Assembly: GCA_050084985.1 (NCBI GenBank)
Contig: JBITNC010000001.1
Span: 165,106,001-165,170,000, forward strand
Direction: 5' to 3'
Source of the DNA: Nageia nagi
Lineage: Eukaryota > Plantae > Pinophyta
Length of the DNA: 64,000 bases
Shown here: one piece after another, positions 38,135-51,786 of the stretch
Layout of the letters: every line of letters starts with the position of its first letter
Position numbering within the stretch: position 1 is the stretch's first letter
Translations under genes and position numbers: made by a program
Notes under the pieces: generated by a model
What the model was told of the DNA's origin: nothing
What the model saw: only the letters and a program-made list of their open reading frames with translations
Database searches by the model: none

Positions 38135-39525
38135 TTTTTTGAATGAAAAGATTTTATATTATTAAAATACAAATCTAGTCATATAAAAGGGATCGGGTGG
38201 TAGAGAGCACACTCCAAAAGAGTCATACTATCACACCTAGGTTCGGAAGCATAAAACCAACACCAAAAAAAAAGTAGCCATAGTTAATCGGGAGACCAAA
38301 AACTCCTTATGGAGTGAAGAACAACTGAAAAAAAAACTAACTATTTAGGAGGATGGGGGGTGAAGTTATCAATTGACCCCAAGTAGGCCCAACCATGGTT
38401 ATTAGAGGGAGTATCATTCTAGCCATCATGGCCTGCCTTAGGAGAAGAGCCATTTGGTTCAAGTGTCATAGTAATAGGCATAGGAGGCTAAGGGTGAGGC
38501 CTACCAACCAAATCTAGCACACTCCCTAGCTAATCTAAGGGTGAGGAGATACATGGCCCTAACCAACCACTAAAAGAGAGTCCTTTGGATGTATATCCCT
38601 GCTAGAATGAACACATGAGGGAGAGGGCACATTTGAGTAGAACCACTTGGGATTCTGCAATAGTTGAGACCAATGACATCTGAGTGAAGAGGAAGGATGA
38701 TCCTATGAGGAACCATATCTGGAAGCCTATCATCATGAACTTGAAGAACATCATCATTGAAGCTACTATTGAGGAGGAGATCGATCAAGGGGAACTCTAC
38801 TCATGGCACAAGGGCCATTGGCCCAAAATTTTAGCATATGATGTAAGGTTTGAACCTCCATGTTTATCTTCTCTACTTGCATAATAATCTACAACCAAGC
38901 ATAATAAAAAATAACATATTTATCAGTAAGAGAAAAGGAAGTAGAGACATCCTTCCTACCAAAAATAATTCTATTTATATCTTTCTAGAGATGAAATAAG
39001 ATAGTGGTATGAAAAATGTGCCAAACTTCCTAGAGGGATTCTAAAAATTGAAGCGGGTCTCCTAAAATTGCATGAACCCAAGAACACATAGTAACCAAGA
39101 ACTGGTTAAAAAAAGATAGAATCCAATTCCAAGCTTCCTTGGCTTTTAAACAGGACCAGAACACATGCAAAAAGTCTTCAAAGGAGTTACAAAATGTATA
39201 AGTTGGGTTGAGCACTCCTAGATAACTTCTTTGAATCGTAATAGGCAAGCCTTGATGCAATAAACTCCACATAGAAAATTATGCTTAGGTTCTAGATAGG
39301 ACTTCCAAATTATACAAAAATGCAGTCACCACCAAGATGGTGAGGAGATAATATCCCACCTTAAATTGAGAATATCCACCATAAGAACATGTGGAGAAAG
39401 CTAGGAGTGCCCAAGGTGGGGCTTGTACTTCATTAGCTTGACTTTTTTGGGCCAAGCCCAATCCTTCCACCAAGGAGACTAGAAACCTTTCCTGGCTCAA
39501 CCTAAATAGAAAAGGGGACTTTGAA
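38135..39525 (-). mobile_element. L1-clade LINE, 5'-truncated 3' end
   Basis: zf-RVT remnant WSLLHQGLPI...TFCNSFEDFLHVFWSCLKAKEAWNWI (39272-39030), GC-richer 3' portion, and a minus-strand end taataatataaaatcttttcattcAAAAAAA at ~38165-38135. Confidence 0.75.
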
Positions 39526-40370
39526 CAAAATGTAAATTAGTTAGATAGTACATTTTACATTCTTAAATGAATAGAGATTAATTTTTTGAGAATGTATTAA
39601 ATGATCTTTATAGCATGATGTAATAATGATTTTTATTTTGAGTAAAAGTACTAATAAAATATTTACTTAAGATTGAAGAATGGAGGAACCAAATCCTCTT
39701 AAGGTCCATAAGAATAGTTTTGAGTGGTATTCATTTGTATCATGGTCAATAATTCATAATGGATTGCCTAGATCATCAAACTCTTCACCTCCTTAGTACT
39801 CAACCTAATCTCCTTGATCTTTGGGAAAAGTTTGAACATGAAGACAAGAAGAACGACACTAAGAATGAAATTGTAATAGAAATCAAGTTTAAATTCATTA
39901 CATGTAATTGCTAGTTCAAGTTTGTAAATGGACCCTTATTAAATATTTAGGGTTACCTTCTTTTATTTTCCTTATGTAATAACCTTGTATTATCAATTGA
40001 AGGAGCCTTCATGTAATCTTTTAGATTTTACTTTAATAAGTATTTTTGAGCTTAAGTAGGTTCTTAGAAACCATTTAGATTGCCTACAAGATATTTATGG
40101 AATGGTATTTAATATATTTTACAAAATAATAATAATAATGTAATCCCTAATTTATATTTTATGATGAGCATGATGGTATTAAGATAGATATAATTTCATA
40201 AAGATGATTTGTAATACAAGAAAAATGTATTAGGATAACATCAAAATCTTATTTTATGCTTGTAAATGATTGATAGAATGGAATATGGTATGAGATTGTG
40301 AGCATCCAAAAATTATGCAGTGTCCTTTGGGGATACTTACTTTGCAATGTCTAAAACATTACTTGTATTA

Positions 40371-41319
40371 TGATGTGCTTAGATGGGTGGTAGTTGATCT
40401 AAACCTATAGTAGACAAGTGTTAGTAGGGATCTCTACACTATGGTCCCTTAAGGCCTCAAAGTGTACTCAAGTAGAGGTTTGAAACCTCCTTGAATGAAT
40501 GTAGATCTCCATCCCATAGCCAAGTGGGTACTAGAAAATAAGTAAATGCCTATTATGTAAGATGACATGCTTATATTATGCTAAAATAATGATTAGAATG
40601 ATAAAAATGAGCTAAATTATATGCATCTAACCTAGGAGATATACTACACATCATACAAAATGCATGCAATAAAATATATGTAAGGATATAATATTACTCC
40701 TTGTGCTCCCCATAATAGCTCCAACACTTGAAAATAAAGATCAAAATCCTAAGCTTTGTATATTCTCTTGGACCTTGATGCTATGCTGGACTTGAATGGA
40801 GAGTGTTCTTGGATCAACTATGAGTAATCTCCATTGCATATGGCTATACTTGGATGCACTTTGCTTATGTATGTTCTTGGATAGTTTAGTTGCAATATAG
40901 ACATTGTTGGATGGAGAGAGTGTTCAGCTTGGTCAAAATGGACCTTCAATGCTAGTGGAGAATCCACCCAAGTCAAAGTGGGAGATAAAAAGGAGATACC
41001 CTAGCTGATTGGTTTGTTCAATGTGCTTGAGTGCGCCACCTTCCATTTGGGTGTAGGGGATCCATTGCTTACCTTTTTGGGTAGGCAATAGATTCAAACT
41101 TTTAGCTTTTAAAAATACATAGTTAGGATCATTCGAATGACCTGCCACTTGTTCAAATGACTTGTAAGTCATTCAAACAAATTGTTAGTTATTCCATTAA
41201 GGAACAATTTTCTCTAAGATGACAAAAAGGACAAAAATGACTACAAATGATCATGACATAATGACTAATGACCACATGACACTATAAACAACATAAAATG
41301 CACTTTTTAGTTGCTTACA
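40371..41319 (-). repeat. 3' LTR of the Tat/Ogre element (~950 bp)
   Basis: Minus-strand start TGTAAGCAACTAAAAAG immediately after the PPT. Far end placed at ..CACATCA (40371) from the terminal motif only. Confidence 0.65.
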
Positions 41320-41439
41320 AATGCCCCTTTTTGTGCTAAGCTTTGAACTTGCAAGAGGTTAAGTACAAAAATAGGTTAAATGATAAACTAATAGTAAGCT
41401 AACAATCGATAATGATAAATGACTTAAGATGACAAAATG

Positions 41440-42545
41440 TTTAGGATGAGAGCTAGTTTCCATACATGATAAGTATAATATCAAGCCAATCACTCGACCC
41501 TAATTTGGTTTCAATGCATGATAGGTCATATAAGATAGAATTGAGTTTCATGATAATGATTTGAAAATCAAGGTGAGACAACATTTGACAAGTGCATCAA
41601 GTGAACATTGAGGTAATAAAATATTTAATCTAATCTAATCTAAACTAAACTAAGCTAAACTAATCTAAGTGTTGAAAGGGAAATGATCTTTGCTTTGACC
41701 CAACAATCAAAGGGTATTATAGTACATGATTAGTTAGGATGAGAGCTAGTTTTGGTACATGATAGGACATATAAGGTCATCCCAATAAAACATCATGATG
41801 GAACAATCATAAAACACAATGAAAAAATATAATACATAATTCTGCTTTGCCCCAATAGTTGAAGGGTGCTAATGACTAGTCAAGATGAGAGTTGGTTTTG
41901 ATGCATAATAGGCCATATAATGTCATCATGAACACCATGAAAATCCAACAAAGTCTAGTTTTGATGCATGATAGGCCATATAAGATGGAATTAGATTTCA
42001 TGATCAAGTTTTAACGATCAAAGGTGGGATAATTATGACAAATAAATAATTAATTTTAAAGCAAATTTTTTTAAACTAATCTAAATGCTAAAAAGGGAAA
42101 TGATCTTTGCTTTGCCCCAATAGCTAAACAATACTATGGTACATGATCAATCAAAATGAAACCTAGTTTCAACACATGATAGGCCATATAAGGTCATCCC
42201 AATGAAACAAACACATTGAAATAAATGTAAAACATGATGAATGATACATGATTCTACTTTACCCCACTAGTCAAAGGGTGACTATGATACAATTAGGATA
42301 AGAGCTGATTTTAATGCATGATAGGACATATAAGATCATCTTGAATAAAGTATCACGATGGAACAATCACACCATAATAAAGTATGATACATGATTTTTA
42401 TTTGCCCCTACAATTGAAGGGTAAAAATGATTGATCAGGATGAGAACTAGTTTCGAAACTTGATAGGTCATATAAGCTCATCCTAACCATCTGACTCCAA
42501 TATGATTTTGATGCATGATAGGCTATATAAGATTGAGTTGAATAA
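41440..42545 (-). repeat. Degenerate tandem array of composite ~145-270-bp units in the Tat 3' region
   Basis: Eight copies of gttt(c/t)..catgatagg(c/t/a)catataag (41450-42530) interleaved with five copies of tctgctttgcccc...aagggt. Confidence 0.8.
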
Positions 42546-45061
42546 GAATATTGTAGGCTTTTAGACATACCAAGAATTATACCATAGCATGCAAGCATAT
42601 GATGCTTGATAAAATGTTAAATGATAAAGTTGATCATGATGATATTTGATTTTGTTCATTGATAATTGATCATGTTGAGCTAAAACAAGTTTGTTATGGT
42701 ACAGGATAACACAATGGTATGGATTAAAAATTAATCAACTATACAACATATGATAAGAGACCAAGTTGGTTGAACAAAATGATGACAAGGGAAATTGAGA
42801 CAATAATAAATAAATAAAAAGAACACATACATTAACATTGATCAAAATTTTTATCGATATTCTAGAGTGGATAGCTGAAAGATGATAAATGAATACAAAA
42901 GTGCCCATAATGACCAAGATGAAAATTCCAATGATAAGCCAAAGTGTATGGCCAGATGAAAAATTAAGATAGAGACTATGCTGAAGCACCCACGGTAGGA
43001 TTGAGAGAGTTAGAGTTTGAAATCTTAGGATCAAAGGTAGGTGAGCTTAAACGATTGATAGGCAAGCTTGGTTGATTGAAGAGGGATACATGCATAATTG
43101 ATGGGAAGTGGAACATGATGTCAAAATATAGGTAAAATAACCATTGGTCTTCCTCATGAATCAATTGAGTGTGGAAGCTAGATTCCCAACGAAGGTCACA
43201 TCACTAGAGCATAAATGTGATTGTATATGGGTGATAATGCTCCTTAGGATGAAGCACTAAAGGACCCATAAAGTGTAGGAAATAGAAGAAAAATTGATTC
43301 CATGGATAGTATAATATTATCTTCCATGTCTAATGAGGTTGATAGAGAAGGGCTAGGATAATGTGTAAGTGGTCAACATTATCTAGCTGATGAATGAAAA
43401 GGATAGCATAATGGGGGGGATACAAGGAGTGCAAGTGCTCATAATACTATGATTAAGAGTGATATGCAGCATGAGATAGGCATACTAAATGATGCAAGCA
43501 TAGATACAATAGTGAAGAGCATCCTAAGGAAGGTTAGGATGAAGACCATGGAAGAGGGCTCTATCCATGATTGTGATCGAAAGAGATAGTAGATAATGTT
43601 AGGACTTGATCAACATTCTCTAATAGGTTAAAAATGATGAAAGAAAAAGGGACAAGAGAAGAACATATAAGACCACTAAGAAATTCAAATTATTGATTAT
43701 TAACAAAAATGAATGAAATGGATTAAACAACAAAGGGAATGAAAGAAAGAAGGGACTAGACACTTGATCGTTTGATTGAATGGTCAAGGAAGATAAAATT
43801 TAATCAATAAAAGAATGATACGAAATAAGAAATAATGATTTTATTATTAAAAATAAAGATTGATTCCCACTAATAGACCCAAATGGGTGGAAAATGCAAA
43901 AAGAAATATTTCCATTGATAAGCCAAGTGGGTAGCCATGATGGTGCATTTGATGCATGGTTGGGTGACTAGGCATCTGAGTCAGATGAGCTAACATCATT
44001 GCTATAAGAGTTGGAATCTAATAGGTCCAACTCAAGGAGCAACTAATGTGAAAATGGTGGGAAGTGACACATAAAGGAGAAATGGTGACATAGAATCTAA
44101 TCTCCACCATGATGGATCATGTAGAAGGAATACGAAGATGACCACTGAAGTTGATACTGACGTATCAACTAGGAAATAGTGATTAGTTTGAAATACTCCC
44201 ATGGATGTAGAGATGATGGACTAGTGTAATGCACCAACTGCAACAAGAAGTGATTGCATAGGTTGTATACCATCACATGCCACATCCAATCAAGATGACT
44301 CAATAGCAATAAGAGCAAGTGAACATGATCGACATGTTCGAGATGATAGACTATGTAAATATTGAAGCAATTTTTAGGATGCTCATGAATGAAAGCAAGT
44401 CACTATCATGACATGGAATCGATAGCAGATGCAACCTAAAGGGTTAAGGCCATGTAGCTTCCATGTTACATAAGGACATCCTTAAGCTCACTTAGGAGGG
44501 AGAGGAAGTGAAAGAAATCCATGATAGGATAAAGAAGGATGAGAACAAAATGTAAGAGATGAAGAGGATGAGGAGAATAAGCTATGAGAAACAAAAGGAA
44601 TCACATGAGATCATATACACTCAGAAAGACATGGAGTGGTCCAAGCAATAATGATGGTAAAAATAGTAAATTAAGAAAAAGAATGGTCAAGAAGAGAGAT
44701 TCATAGAAGTGAAAATCCTGTACTAACATGCGAGGTTGAATTGTAGTGGATTGAAAAATCAAAGGAAATGATGGAGGAAATAGTGATGTGGTATGCACAT
44801 AATAACTGGATAGGAATGTAATGATGATGATATTAATGGGATGTGCATAAGTGAAAATATAGGACACAATGATGGATATATGCGTAATGGTTATGTGAAT
44901 TATCGAGATGAAATGGTGGATAGGCATGTGGAGGCAATGTGGATGGTCAAGATGGAATGATGAATAGGTACATGGAGACACTATGTAACCCTTCATGGTT
45001 ATCATAGCTATTAAATGAGACACAAAACATGAGAGGGATGCAAAGGACAAACTAACTAATC

Positions 45062-45700
45062 ATGGATCTGATGGAGCCATGGTGGAACAAAATCCATAAA
45101 GGAATACATGATGCTAGAGGATCCACAAGTGGTGAAGGTGAAAAAGAAAAGGTTAGACACATAGGACATACTCCTATGAATGTAGGAAAAGAGAAACAAG
45201 GATGGGCAAAAGTAGAGAGCATCTACTTGCACCAAGAACTGGCTGAAGCTAAGAGAGAAGCAAAGATACTAATGCATAAATGTGATATGCTATAGAGAGA
45301 GAACATTATGTGCATGCAGTCTTGCACAAAGCTCATGGTTAAGTAAAATAAATTAACTATAGAGAAGGAGGCAATAGCTAGGTAAGCTAAAGAGACAAAA
45401 AAGAAGTTGAAGCATAACTTTTGCAATGCTCACTCTAGTATGCATTGAAATAAGGAGATATGGAAGAGGAGGGGCAATGTATATGAGAATTTGCTCATAC
45501 ACCACAAAATCCATGTTCCAAGGGCAATGTTAGATGCCTTGGAAGTGGATGAGATAGCTATGGATTCTACAGTGGAGAACCTATAGTTACAATAGACTCA
45601 AGATGAAGAAAACACAAAACATAATGAAGGGAACACAAAACCAAGTATAGACTGGATCAAAAGCTTGTTAGAATAAAAGAAGTGATAATGAAAATAAGGA
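45062..45700 (+). pseudogene. Antisense accessory ORF remnant (coiled-coil-like) in the Tat 3' region
   Basis: MDLMEPWWNKIHKG...LHQELAEAKREAKILMHKCDML*RENIMC..., reading on through transition-type stops. Confidence 0.35.
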
Positions 45701-47831
45701 TGAAGATGGATGAATGTAAAAATTCACCAACGCATGATGTAAAATAAAGACAATTAAGAAAAAGATGTTTTGTTATATACATGATTTTATTTTTGTTTTT
45801 TTTTAAATGAAAAAAACACAATGTTTAATGATATGGCAAAAATAAATGATAAAAGATTAACACAACAAATGATAAAAGTAATAAATGACAACAATGAGAA
45901 ATGGTAAATGATAAAATGAAAAATGATGAAGATGATAAATGATAAAAATGATGCATGATAAATGATAAGAAAGATGAATGATAAAAATGATTAATGATAA
46001 AATATAAATGTAATAAAAGATAAAAGATAATGACCTCTGCTTTGCCCTAGCAGATGAAGGGAACATGACTATAAGCATGCAAACCTATCAAGCATATAGC
46101 TGATGCTCACACAAAAATGATAAATGACACATGAAATAAGAAGGTGTGATGGATGATAAGGAAATACACCTAACCATTTGACTAAATGGAACATGAAACA
46201 AACATCACCACCAAAGGTTTACAAGGTGTGACATAGACCAAGAAAATCATTTGGATGATTGAAAAATCATTCGAATGACTCTAACTGACCAATCATTTGA
46301 ACAATTGACAAATCATTCAAACAACCTTAATAGGGAAAAAGGAAAATTTATGATTGATAATCCCCTATAAAAAATAAATCCCATGTGCCTTATGTTATGC
46401 AAAAATGCATAACTCATATATGGGATACATGACTCATAAAGTATAGCTTGAAGGATTCTTGATCATAGGTTACACATTCTATCTTCAAGATAGTGCGAGG
46501 ATGTAATTGGGGATCCTTCAAGCTTTTGATAAAATAGACATCAAAACAAGACCATGAAACTAAGCATGGACATAAGGATTCGATTGAGAAATCACATGAT
46601 CAGATGACATAAATAAATAAATACATAAAAGTTTAATGTTGAAATAAAATTACCCATCAAAGAGAAATTGAAAAATATAATGTCTAATGATATGGCTAAA
46701 GAAAATACCTTCTACTTTTCCTTAGTAGTTAAAGGGAAAATGATCGTGTATTCATAGCACATGGGAATATGACACTTGTATAAAAAATGAGAAAGCTAAA
46801 TATGATGACATATGAATATGTTTATTACCAATCCACCATGTTGAACCAAAGTGACATCATTAAGTATGATGATTTCAAAATATGTTTATTGCCAATCCAT
46901 TAGGTCAAACTAAAATCATAATTATGTCTAATGAAAAAAATGACTTCATCTTTGCCCCAATATATGAAGGGTAAATGATCATAGGATCGCAAACCTACCA
47001 AGTGTAAATCCATAGCATGTAGGCATATGATGGTTTTACAAAATAAAGACTAAGCTAAACATGATGATGTATGAGTATGTTGATTGCCAATCATTCATGT
47101 TGTTTAATTGTTGATTTTTTTTGCTTTTGTTGATTATTTGTTAGATGTTTTTGCTTTTATGGTTTTGTTTTTATGGTTTGTTGAGGTTAGCTAGGGTAAT
47201 AAAGGATACATTAGGGTATATGCAACCACAACAAACTTAGAACTACCTTGAAATAAATTCACCAAGAGAATATACATAATCCAAAAATAAAATATGCAAA
47301 CTAGGGTAAAATGAATCCATATAAGGGATATAGTTAGTATGCAAGTTTTTATTGTTTATGTTTTGATATTTTTTTTCTTTACCATTAGGGCTTATTTTTT
47401 TATTTATTTTAGCTTTACAAATCATCCTTCAATCAGATGATCTAATTCAATGGTTTTCCAAGTGAAGGATGAATTTGATAGTCATTAGAATGACTAATAA
47501 TTTGACATTATGATTTTTTATTTGTTTTAGTTTTGCAAATTATTCTTCAACTAGATGATTTGATGTTAAGGGTCATTCAGGTGAAGGACAATTTTGATAG
47601 TTGTTCAAATGATTAGTAGATTATTCATGACTTGGATGATTCATTCAATCCAATCATCACTAAGAAGAATGATTTTGACTAACATAAAATTAACTAAAAA
47701 ATACAAGCTACAAACTTAGACAAAAATGCAATAGGACATCTTAGGAAACACATAGGATTGACTTAGACTTAGAGATTGCTAAATTTGACATAGAATTAAC
47801 AAATTAATTGATAAATACTAAAATATAAAAA

Positions 47832-50160
47832 TTTGTGCTAGATAAAACTCAAGCACAAATTTCTATCACTTTGGCAAGAGGTTAGAGTTGCATTAATGCC
47901 AACAAATTGGGCTTGGCTAGAGGTTGTGGGAGTTGCAAGAGCTACCAGGATTCTTCCTATCAAGGGGGATATATCCTACATGATGGCACTTAGGGAGTGC
48001 TTTGACCTAGACATATGGACATTCCTTCTCTTGAAAGGGGAGATGATAATGACTCCAAAGGATATCTACAAGATATTCAAGGTACCTCTTGAGGGAGAGG
48101 AGATGACTGTAGCCACTAATAGGATAGTGATCAGACCATACATCAGTAAAGGATACTAAACATGGGACCTTGCTAATGGTAGGGTACTCATAGAGTTGTA
48201 CTTGGAGGGCCACCTTGGATGGAGGGAGGTTATGGCTATGCTACTGATCTTATCCTTTATTTTGCTAGATTCCTTAGTACCTAGGTTATCATGGAACATG
48301 TTAAAGATCATGATGAGGAAGGTATAGTAGCATAACCTTTGCTCGGGGGCTAGCATTGATAGACCAAACATATGGGGAGCTAGCTATAGTAGCTAGAGGA
48401 TAATGAGGTATAAGTACCTTGCTCCTAGTATAGATATGGGCATGGGAGCACATTCAGCTTAGGAGTTTGAATAAACTACTAGTCACCATCCATAGACCAA
48501 AGATGATGGGGGATATCCCCCTAATGGTTGGGACAAAGCTTCTCTATGCCCACCATTAGGACAATGACTAGGAGAGATTGAGGAGATTTCCTCATGAGGG
48601 TGACATAGATTGGTACTAAGCTATGCTAGTGTGGTTATAGTCTTAGGATATTATCTACCAACTATACCAAGGAGGACCATATTGGGTCAAGGATGTAGTC
48701 CATTTGGCTAGGGCCTCTAGGATTAGGTACATTAGAGGTCACCACATAAAGGATGTGGAGATTTTATTTTTGATAGGGTCCAACACTAGCATGGGCTAAT
48801 TCAATATGTGCCATTAGCCTCAATATTATATGGATGGATTAATAGGGAAGCCCTAGTGAGGTTGAGACTAGTGTATGTAGAGCTTGATGTGGTAGCAGAA
48901 GTGCCTTTTATCAAAGCTATGATAGATGATGCTAGCACCATGCATGGTGGGCACCATAAAGAGATCAACTGCTAACATGGCTCATTTTTGAGAGATAGAG
49001 GGGAGTACCAACCATGGACCCTTAGGTCTTAGAGGGAGGAGTTAGCCTAGGGGATGAGGTAGCAAAGGAGGGGGTGGTCAAGGAGCCAACTAAGGAGGTA
49101 GAGGGTGAGGATGATGCCCAAGATGAGGGGGATGAAGAGGATGAGGGAAAGGATGATGCCTAGAGAAATGAGTAGTAGTAAGAAATAGAGTAGATGGATG
49201 TTAATGTCCTAGAGTAGGTAGCTCAGGAGGAGGGGGATAGGCTAAGGAATCCTCAATTTTAGATGTGGGAGCTTTACCCTTAGGTGATTCAACTATATAC
49301 GAAGAGAGATGGGCTATAGTCTTAGGTTGAGGAGCTACAAGCATAGCTAGTTGCAAAGCAAGTTGTGAAAATGACAATAATGGTAGAATAGGCCATGATA
49401 TAAGCAACATAGGAAGCAACAACAAGGCTAACCAACATCTTGCAGAGCTAATTGGAGGCTAAGTAGATGATGAGGCCAACTATAGAGGGATGAAGTGAGA
49501 CTCTTCAGGGTGACATATAGTCAATCATACTTATTTTTATGATAGTAGCATGGGAGAGGGATGCATTGAGAGTGTAGGATGAGGTGGATGTGGGCCTAGG
49601 TGTAGAGATGAGCACCTAGATGGATGCCCTACTAATAGGGATAAGGGATAGGGGACATATAATCATTAACATAACAATCTTGATGGACTCATAAGATGTA
49701 AGGGCAAAGATGAGACCTTTGGAAACATAAGGCATCATGATTAGGTAGATCAATCAAGCCATATATGAGGTGGATTGGATCACCATCAGAGCACTAGCAT
49801 GGTAAGAATAGCTAGTAGAGGTAGGCCTAGTTCCCATAGAATCAGATATATCGAGGATGACATCTATTTTGAGGAGTATGTATCAAAGTGTGGTGAGGAG
49901 ACACTATAGTGAAGGACACTTGGTGAGACATCCAACACCAACATAGTTAGCTATATTAGGGGCAAGGGAAGCTATAGGGGGAGATACAAGGATGGATATA
50001 GGGACATGGACTAAAGGGCTAGTTAGGAAAGCCATCTCTCAGGTGATTGGATGATTTTTTAGATCACCACCCTCAGTAGCATAGAGCGAAGGAGCTAGAG
50101 GGAGGAGCACTATAGGGGCTTAGATGGAGGGGTAGGGGGAGACTAGCACTCCTCTTAGAT
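47832..50160 (+). pseudogene. Plant mobile domain (PMD, aminotransferase-like) ORF antisense to gag-pol, with long acidic/Gly-rich tail, decayed
   Basis: YMMALRECFDLDIWTFLLLKGEMIMTPKDIYKIFKVPLEGE matches the PMD signature L.ALAERW..ET.TFHLP.GEMTVTLEDV..IL..P..G. Later YSS*YRYGHGST (W.W.H region) and an E/D-rich stretch at 49090-49200. Confidence 0.75.
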
Positions 50161-51722
50161 AATAAAAAAGGTAGGAGGATACCACACCATAAAGGTGTGA
50201 TTTTTGATAGGATTGACTATGCCATTTTGGCGCTAGAGCACATAGAGGACCATGATGTATATGCATGTTTAAGATGACTCTATTTTATATATACATTTTG
50301 ACATATGTACATTTTGTGACATGGAATATATAGGAATAACTTTATGATATATGATATATGATGACTCTTATTGTGATATATATGTGTATACTTGCTACTA
50401 TAAATGAATGCTTATATGTTTATTATTTTTTATATGTGATGGATGCAATTGATACTATGAATGTATATAACACGATATGGACCTAAGTAGGTATAAAATG
50501 AACTTAAAGGAACATTTAAAATTAACCTAAAAGTTAAAAATGGACTTCCATTTGTAACCACATCACATGGGAACAAACTTGTATGCCTAAACACACAAAA
50601 GAATACAAACAATGACAAACACAATAATGATCATTAACAATCATGAAATATGAATAATGAATAAATGTTAAGATAATAAACAAACACTCAAAATGATAAT
50701 AAATAAGATGAATTTACAATCACCAAGAAAGACCTAAAAAGATGTAAAATGAACACTATCATGATGTAAAATGACATAAAATGACAAAAGAAACAACTCA
50801 AGAAATACAAAAATCAAGGAAAATAAGCTAAAATGCTGCTAAAATACTGCTAAAATTATGCTACAATGGCACGTGAAATAAGACAAAAGCAATTTGAAAA
50901 GACTCCCATGATATACTTTATTGACACTGATCATGACCAACATAATGATAAACACAGTCATAACATTAGTAAAATGTAACCAAATTGAGCCAAATCTAAA
51001 ACAAAACAAAAATGACACTTTTGAAAGAGTGAAAAATTGTAAAATTTGATAAACCATAGAAAAGATTCATGTTGAGTATTTGATAAACTATATTAATGAT
51101 ATGATAGAAGATTGTTTAATCTAAATGAAGGATCAAATGGTTTAAAAATGGAAGTCATTTGGCCTATTTTCAAAATCAAAATAGAAGGCTACTTCGACTA
51201 GGGTGACAACCCTTCAGTGTTCATCGAATGTGGACAATTATGGGTAGCCCCCAAAATGACTCACAAAAGGTGATCAAAAATGAAAGTAGGATATGATATT
51301 TTACATCTTGACTACATTTACATTAGTAAAGGAGTAGAAAAAGATAGTTTTAGAAGCAGACATGGTTTGACATACCAAAATGAAAAACCAAATAGCTAAT
51401 TTTCATAAGGGGTTTAATTCAGGACTTTCATCCCTAAAGCCAAATGGATGATGATGTGGCTACAAAATGACTTAGAATGACTCAACATAACATGATAAGG
51501 CCTAGTTAGAGGAAATATGAACAATTTACAAACCAGGATAACAATGTGACATAGGTTGACATGTCAGGGTGATCATGCACAAAAGCACGAAGGGACTACT
51601 TTGGGCTAAAAACAAATGGGTGAGATGTGATCGAAAATAGATGAAACTGACTTCTTGATGATATCAATATGAAAATTAAATGAATGTTTTACCAAATTTA
51701 CACTCCTCTTAATAACATCTTT

Positions 51723-51786
51723 TGATGTAGGTAGATGATCAAGCTCTATTTCATCTGATGTAGGTAGATGATCAAGCTCTATTTCA
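51723..51786. repeat. In-frame 33-bp tandem duplication (31 nt identical)
   Basis: tgatgtaggtagatgatcaagctctatttca twice; encodes EIELDHLPTS twice on the minus strand. Confidence 0.95.

Noticed and set aside
41440-42545. Canonical hammerhead ribozyme array or CRISPR-like array
   Set aside because: The CUGANGA core is absent ((C)UUAUAU instead). Intervening sequences are mutually homologous rather than unique spacers, the DNA is eukaryotic and there are no cas genes. Kept only as a candidate structured RNA.
44601-45050. 149-aa ORF and similar short Ile/Phe/Leu-rich ORFs across the track
   Set aside because: Low-complexity products of AT-rich or antisense TE sequence with no recognisable motifs.
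50222-50240. PBS-like tttggcgctag on the + strand
   Set aside because: No LTR end or TG..CA structure beside it; it lies at the tail of the antisense PMD region.
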